A DNA stretch of 63,925 nt, the filler included, from Acetivibrio sp. (GTDB lineage Bacteria; Bacillota; Clostridia; Acetivibrionales; Acetivibrionaceae), in NCBI RefSeq assembly GCF_035371925.1. It is 3 parts of 3 records of this genome, joined end to end, with 100 filler letters (N's around TTAATTAATTAA, not from the genome) between each part and the next. Parts side by side here need not be neighbours in the genome. Positions count along the whole stretch, not along the records: positions 47,388 to 63,925 come from NZ_DAORXT010000061.1; 2 more parts are not named here. The stretch is one strand, 5' to 3'. The first letter of the stretch is position 1. The number at the start of each line of letters is the position of its first letter. The position numbers and the translations under genes are program-made. Under the pieces are notes generated by a model. That model saw only the letters and a list, made by a program, of their open reading frames with translations, was not told the origin of the DNA and made no database searches. Below are positions 59,163 through 63,925 of the stretch, one piece after another.

Positions 59163-60023
59163 ATGAAGAAAGGTTTTATTTTTAGTGTTGCAATGCTGAT
59201 GCTTTGCAGTTTTATACTTGCAGGCTGTAATTCCAACAGCCCAAGCTCGGGCTCCAAGCGTGCTAAAGTTATTGAGATACCATTAACCCAAGAAGAATAT
59301 GCTTTTGGTGTAGATAAAAGCCAACCGGAGCTGCTTGAAAAAGTAAATGAATTTATTTCGCAAATCAAGGCAGATGGAACCCTCGAAAAAATAAGCGATA
59401 AATATTTTCGTGACGGAGAACCTCAGGCTGTCGAATCCGCAGTGGAAGACAGCAGCAAAGACCAACTTGTGGTTGCAACAAATGCAGCATTTGAGCCCTT
59501 TGAATATATGGTAGGCGATAAGTATTACGGTATTGATATCGAAATTGCAGCACTTCTTGCAGAATACCTCGGAAAAGAGCTTGTAATTAAAAACATGGAT
59601 TTTGATGCCGTTTGTCTCTCCGTAGGTCAGGGAAAAGCCGACATCGCCATGTCCGGTCTTACAGTAAAAGAAGACAGAAAAGAGTATGTTACATTCACGG
59701 ATACGTATCATAACGCTTCCCAAATGCTTATCGTCAGGGAAGACGACACCACCTTTGACAACTGTAAAACCGCTGCTGATGTGGAAGCAATTCTTTCGGG
59801 ATTGAGCAGTGATTCAAAGATAGGTGTTCAGCTAGGTACAACCGGACAATTCTACGTTGAAGGCGATGAGGACTGGGGATTTGAAGGTTATGATGTTAAA
59901 TGCATAGGCTATAAATCAGGCTCTCTTGCAGTTCAGGATATGCTAAACGGCAACATCGACTTTGTGGTTATTGATGAGGCTCCTGCTCAAAGTATTGTAA
60001 GGGCAATTAATGAGCTTAACTGA
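59163..60023 (+). CDS. Polar amino acid ABC substrate-binding lipoprotein (circularly permuted SBP_bac_3)
   Basis: Lipobox LAGC; LVVATNAAFEPFEY, GIDIEIA, MDFD, IGVQLGTTG, DFVVID. Confidence 0.9.
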   Translation: MKKGFIFSVAMLMLCSFILAGCNSNSPSSGSKRAKVIEIPLTQEEYAFGVDKSQPELLEKVNEFISQIKADGTLEKISDKYFRDGEPQAVESAVEDSSKDQLVVATNAAFEPFEYMVGDKYYGIDIEIAALLAEYLGKELVIKNMDFDAVCLSVGQGKADIAMSGLTVKEDRKEYVTFTDTYHNASQMLIVREDDTTFDNCKTAADVEAILSGLSSDSKIGVQLGTTGQFYVEGDEDWGFEGYDVKCIGYKSGSLAVQDMLNGNIDFVVIDEAPAQSIVRAINELN

Positions 60024-60092
60024 TAACAGCTGTACAATTCTCTTAAAGATATTTTTAGATATTTAATTTTGAATTAATATAAGGGATTAATT

Positions 60093-60803
60093 ATGGGGAA
60101 TTTTGATAAAAAATTAATTAAGTTTTGGGAAATCTTTTATTATAACAACGGCTACACAAAAGTCCTTGTAGGACTTAAAAATACAGTTTATATCGCAGTT
60201 TTGGGACTAATAATTGGAATCATTATCGGTACATTAATTGCTGCTGTTAAAGTGATGCCCAAATATAAAGTATTACCCAAAATATTAAATGTCATATGCG
60301 ATTTCTATGTTGGACTATTCAGAGGGACTCCGGTTGTCGTGCAGCTCTTGGTGGCCTACTATGTAGTTTTGCCTCTTTTAGGCATAAATTTGTCCGCACT
60401 TAGCGTGTGTATACTGGTATTTGGTCTTAACAGCGGTGCTTATGTTTCTGAAATAATGAGAAGCGGTATTATGTCTGTAGACCATGGTCAGATGGAGGCA
60501 GGCCGGGCCTTGGGACTTAGCTATCGCGTAGCAATGCTCAAAATAGTTATCCCTCAGGCTGTCAAAAACATACTCCCTACTTTGGGAAATGAATTTATAG
60601 CCTTGATTAAGGAAACTTCTGTTGTAAGTTTTGTCGGTGCTTCCGACCTCTATGTTGCATTTAATTATATTGGTACAAACAATTATGAATTTATGGTACC
60701 ATACCTTGTTATGGCGCTTATTTATATAGTACTGGTTATAATAATTGCATCTCTCATAAAAGTAATGGAAAGGAGCCTCAGAAAGAGTGATAGACGTAAT
60801 TAA
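60093..60803 (+). CDS. Polar amino acid ABC permease
   Basis: [51 protein letters not shown]. Confidence 0.94.
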   Translation: MGNFDKKLIKFWEIFYYNNGYTKVLVGLKNTVYIAVLGLIIGIIIGTLIAAVKVMPKYKVLPKILNVICDFYVGLFRGTPVVVQLLVAYYVVLPLLGINLSALSVCILVFGLNSGAYVSEIMRSGIMSVDHGQMEAGRALGLSYRVAMLKIVIPQAVKNILPTLGNEFIALIKETSVVSFVGASDLYVAFNYIGTNNYEFMVPYLVMALIYIVLVIIIASLIKVMERSLRKSDRRN

Positions 60804-61611
60804 CCTAAAAAAAAGCTACGGTAACCTTCAAGTTTTAAAAGGTATCACAGTTAGCATCAAAGAAGGTGAAAAGGTTGCCATCATAGGTCCGTCCGGAAGC
60901 GGAAAAAGCACCTTTCTGCGCTGCCTCAATTGTATGGAAGACCCCACAAGCGGCTCCATCATATTCGAAGGCGTTGACATTGCTGACATGAGAGTTGATA
61001 TTAACCTTTACCGCCGTCATATGGGTATGGTTTTTCAACAGTTCAACCTGTTTAACAATAAGACTGTTATTGAAAATATAATGCTTGCACCGGTATATTT
61101 GCAAACGCATGACCTTAAAGTAAAGAAGTTTAAAAATTTCTTTATAAGGCTTAAGAATATTTTTAGTAAAGAAAAAAAGCCTCTATATGAAATCAATACT
61201 ACTCGTGAAAAGATAAAAGCAGATGCAAGAGAAAATGCCATGCGTCTTTTAAAAAGAATTGGACTTGAAGACAAGGCTAATGTCTACCCTTCAACCCTTT
61301 CCGGTGGACAGAAGCAAAGAATAGCAATAATCCGTGCCCTTGCAATGAATCCAAAAGTCATTTTGTTTGATGAGCCCACTTCAGCTCTTGATCCTGAGAT
61401 GGTGGGAGAAGTTCTTGACCTTATCAAGCAGCTTGCAGACGAAGGAATGACAATGGTTATAGTAACTCATGAAATGGGATTTGCAAGGGAAGTAGCTACC
61501 AGAGTTTTATTTATGGATGAGGGAAAAATCTTAGAGGAAAATACTCCCGAAGAGATTTTTTCAAACCCTCAGCATCCTAGGACGAAGGAATTCTTGTCGA
61601 AAGTATTATAA
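60787..61611 (+). CDS. Polar amino acid ABC ATP-binding protein (GlnQ-like) with an internal insertion
   Basis: [44 protein letters not shown]. Confidence 0.94.
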   Translation: MIDVINLKKSYGNLQVLKGITVSIKEGEKVAIIGPSGSGKSTFLRCLNCMEDPTSGSIIFEGVDIADMRVDINLYRRHMGMVFQQFNLFNNKTVIENIMLAPVYLQTHDLKVKKFKNFFIRLKNIFSKEKKPLYEINTTREKIKADARENAMRLLKRIGLEDKANVYPSTLSGGQKQRIAIIRALAMNPKVILFDEPTSALDPEMVGEVLDLIKQLADEGMTMVIVTHEMGFAREVATRVLFMDEGKILEENTPEEIFSNPQHPRTKEFLSKVL

Positions 61612-61703
61612 ACGTAAAGCAACCGGTATGACAGCGTTTCAACTGTTCATACCGGTTTTATTTATGAAAAGATACTTTGTTTTTGAGCATATGATTAATG
61701 CCG

Positions 61704-62813
61704 TCAAATACACCGGATGCTATAATCTCCGATATAGTGCATTATTTCATAAAAAATACTTGATAAAGGTACCTGGACATCTGCAAGTCCTGCCTCGTAC
61801 ACCACTTTGGGCATGCCATATACAATGCAGGATTCTTCTGCCTCAACGATTATTTTACCGTTATATTTTTTCACCGTCTCACACCCAACAAGTCCGTCGT
61901 TTCCCATTCCTGTAAGGATAACCGACAGCAACCTCTCTTTATAAATAGGTGCTGCCGAATCCAAAGTTACATTAATTGACGGTTTGTAAACCGTTTCGAC
62001 GGGCAGACAGTCTTCTATTCTCAACGTTGTCGAACCGTCTGTCTTCTTATCCAACAAGGTTTGGTAGCCTGCCGGAGCTATGTAGATATTTCCGGCTTCA
62101 AGAATATCTCCGTCTTCAGCTTCTTTAACCCGTAAATTGCAGATAGTGTCAAAACGTTCGGCCAGCGGCTTGGTAAACCCCGGAGGCATATGCTGCAGAA
62201 CAACAATGGGAACATGAGTATCCTTGGGAAAGCGCGGGAGGATGGACTGCAACGCAGAAGGTCCTCCCGTAGAACACCCTATTATCAGCAGGTCAGCCAA
62301 CCCGGACTTGGCTTCAATCGGACTTTCCGGCTTATTCAGGATGTTTTCAATAATCTCGGACAGATTTTCTGACACTGCTTTCTGGCCCTGTTCTTTATTT
62401 TCATATTTTTTTGCCTTCCGGGCGATAGCTTTCAGCTTGTCTAGAAATTCCTCTATTATTTCCGGTTTTACATTCTCTTCCAAAAGTGCACTCTTTAAAT
62501 AAAAATCTGCAGCTCCCAACTCCAAAGCCTGAAAAGCTGTTTCAGGGTCCTTATCGGTCCGGTTGCTCAACATTACTATAGGAACAGGACAGGTCTTCAT
62601 AATCTCCTTTAAGGCAGTCATTCCGTCCATTTCAGGCATCTCTATATCCATTGTCACCACGTCAGGTTTAAGCCTCTGCACTTTTTCCACCGCTTCAATA
62701 CCGTTCCTTGCAATTCCTATAATAAACAGCTGCGGATCTTTCTCTATCATCGAACTGACACATCTTCGCATAAAAGAGGAGTCATCCACCACTAATACTC
62801 CATACTGTTGCAT
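61704..62813 (-). CDS. cheB: Chemotaxis response regulator protein-glutamate methylesterase
   Basis: REC domain (VDDS, MDIEMP) plus GCSTGGP, QHMP, TGMGNDG. Confidence 0.95.
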   Translation of the reverse strand: MQQYGVLVVDDSSFMRRCVSSMIEKDPQLFIIGIARNGIEAVEKVQRLKPDVVTMDIEMPEMDGMTALKEIMKTCPVPIVMLSNRTDKDPETAFQALELGAADFYLKSALLEENVKPEIIEEFLDKLKAIARKAKKYENKEQGQKAVSENLSEIIENILNKPESPIEAKSGLADLLIIGCSTGGPSALQSILPRFPKDTHVPIVVLQHMPPGFTKPLAERFDTICNLRVKEAEDGDILEAGNIYIAPAGYQTLLDKKTDGSTTLRIEDCLPVETVYKPSINVTLDSAAPIYKERLLSVILTGMGNDGLVGCETVKKYNGKIIVEAEESCIVYGMPKVVYEAGLADVQVPLSSIFYEIMHYIGDYSIRCI

Positions 62814-63625
62814 GGATATTTTTCTCCTTTCCGATAATAAAATGTCGAGGGAGCATATATCGTTTCAAACCCGGTATTCATTCCCGTTATAGTCTCTGCA
62901 TGGCCTAAAAGCAAGTATCCGCCGCCTCTTAACACTTTATATAAAGAATTAATAACTTTTTTTATTGCTTTCGTATCAAAATAAATCAGTACATTTCTGC
63001 AAAAAACTATATCTACTTCTCCAACCTGTTCCGGTATGTTCTTATCCAAAAGATTCAAACAGCGAAAATCAATCATGGACCTTATTGAATCCTTGACCTT
63101 GTACTCGTCTCCAAAAGAAATAAAATGCTTGTCCAGTATTTCTTTCGGCATTGTACGAAAGGAAAAGGATTTCTTGTTATATAATCCCCTTCTCGCCTTT
63201 TCCAAAACCTTTCTGTCAATATCCGAAGCAATAATCTCAACTGCACCGGCTTCAAACAGTCCGGTCTCTTCACATAATATTGCCAATGTATACGGTTCCT
63301 CACCGGTAGAGCAAGCCGAACTCCATATACGCAAAGGATTATCGGGTGTACGGTCCTTATATTGGGGAAGTATGACCCTTCGAAATTCTTCCAAAAGGCT
63401 TTCCTCACGAAAGAAATAGGTCTCATTTACTGTGATGAGATCAACAAGCGTGTCCCATTCTTTCGGTTCAACCCTTAAATATCCTCCGTATTCCCAGCAG
63501 GATAGTCCCAGCTCCTTAAGCCTCTCCGATATTTTACTCTCAAGAGAGGAAAGATTCTTAAAAAAGTCAATGCCGCAATATTCATATATGAGCTCTGCCA
63601 ATTGGACCAGACCAAATGTATCCAT
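62792..63625 (-). CDS. cheR: Chemotaxis protein methyltransferase
   Basis: ITVNETYFFRE, IWSSACSTGEEPYTLA, ASDID, IVFCRNVLIYFD, LGHAE. Confidence 0.95.
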   Translation of the reverse strand: MDTFGLVQLAELIYEYCGIDFFKNLSSLESKISERLKELGLSCWEYGGYLRVEPKEWDTLVDLITVNETYFFREESLLEEFRRVILPQYKDRTPDNPLRIWSSACSTGEEPYTLAILCEETGLFEAGAVEIIASDIDRKVLEKARRGLYNKKSFSFRTMPKEILDKHFISFGDEYKVKDSIRSMIDFRCLNLLDKNIPEQVGEVDIVFCRNVLIYFDTKAIKKVINSLYKVLRGGGYLLLGHAETITGMNTGFETIYAPSTFYYRKGEKYPCNSMEY

Positions 63626-63682
63626 ACAGATTGTTACAGCCCCTCCCTAATACAATCTGTGGAGAGGCACAATGCCTCTCCA
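63626..63682 (-). promoter_or_regulatory. Two adjacent hairpins in the MCP-cheR intergenic region around the cheR SD
   Basis: TGGAGAGGCA-TTG-TGCCTCTCCA then ACAGATTGT-N17 (containing the SD)-ACAATCTGT directly before the ATG. Confidence 0.55.
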
Positions 63683-63739
63683 AATAATTGTGCGGACCTT
63701 TCGCTATCATCAAACTTTGCTTAATGTGGATTTTAAGCG

Positions 63740-63925
63740 CTATTTAGCCAATTCCTGCAGTGTTTCTATAATTTCTTCGGAGTATCCCGACAACTCTTTG
63801 GTTACTGCACAAGTGCGCTCAACATCCTTGACATTAAGACTAATAACTCGGTCTATTTCAGCCGTAAATCTCGCCAGCTGTTCTACCTCGTTCGCCTGAA
63901 CTTTGGTTGCGTCGGCCACTTCATT
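63740..63925 (-). CDS. Methyl-accepting chemotaxis protein, C-terminal end (5'-truncated by window)
   Basis: NEVADATKVQANEVEQLARFTAEIDRVISLNVKDVERTCAVTKELSGYSEEIIETLQELAK* heptad pattern upstream of cheR-cheB. Confidence 0.75.
   Translation of the reverse strand, partial: NEVADATKVQANEVEQLARFTAEIDRVISLNVKDVERTCAVTKELSGYSEEIIETLQELAK

Noticed and set aside
2962..63899. Numerous 60-230 aa antisense or overlapping ORFs in the track (for example 26775-27464, 27680-28231, 37742-38269, 61628-61915, 63672-63899)
   Set aside because: They lie opposite or within well-supported genes, lack SDs and family motifs, and are typical shadow ORFs.
1..63925. CRISPR arrays, tRNA, rRNA, IS elements and prophage genes
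   Set aside because: No regularly spaced repeats, cloverleaf or rRNA signatures, or transposase, integrase or phage structural motifs were found by eye.

Overview
AT-rich DNA from a spore-forming Clostridia-class bacterium; gene content and order suggest an Acetivibrio (Clostridium thermocellum-like) organism, which is an inference. Two artificial 100-bp spacers (44 N + TTAATTAATTAA + 44 N at 23843-23942 and 47288-47387) split the window into three contigs whose adjacency is unproven. Contig 1 holds the 3' end of an Rhs polymorphic toxin with a candidate immunity gene and decayed orphan cassettes, a MarR/flavin cluster, an FNT channel, SigV/RsiV, a BlaI/BlaR1-like pair, an SDR, a GT-C-like membrane protein, DUF4474-phosphoesterase-GH1, azlCD and hppA. 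Contig 2 holds ypeB-sleB, a glycolipid synthase, NlpC/P60, a YhaO/YhaN-like nuclease-ATPase pair, an amber-interrupted FapA gene, an AAA+ ATPase-PspA-membrane protein operon, cheX, copZ, gntR, ispE, sipL, veg, yabG, fhs and a CotS-family gene. Contig 3 holds an ECF sigma with a ZAS-GerMN anti-sigma, a lipoprotein, a two-component system with an ABC exporter, PadR-DUF2812, a protease-less FtsH-like ATPase, a polar amino acid ABC transporter with a circularly permuted binding protein, and cheB-cheR-MCP. The best candidate for an undescribed system is the operon at 34364-37659, which couples a bacterial ESCRT-III-like protein (PspA/Vipp1) to a classical-clade AAA+ ATPase and a membrane anchor. 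No rRNA, tRNA, CRISPR array or transposase was recognised. All family calls come from motif recognition by eye, not database searches.
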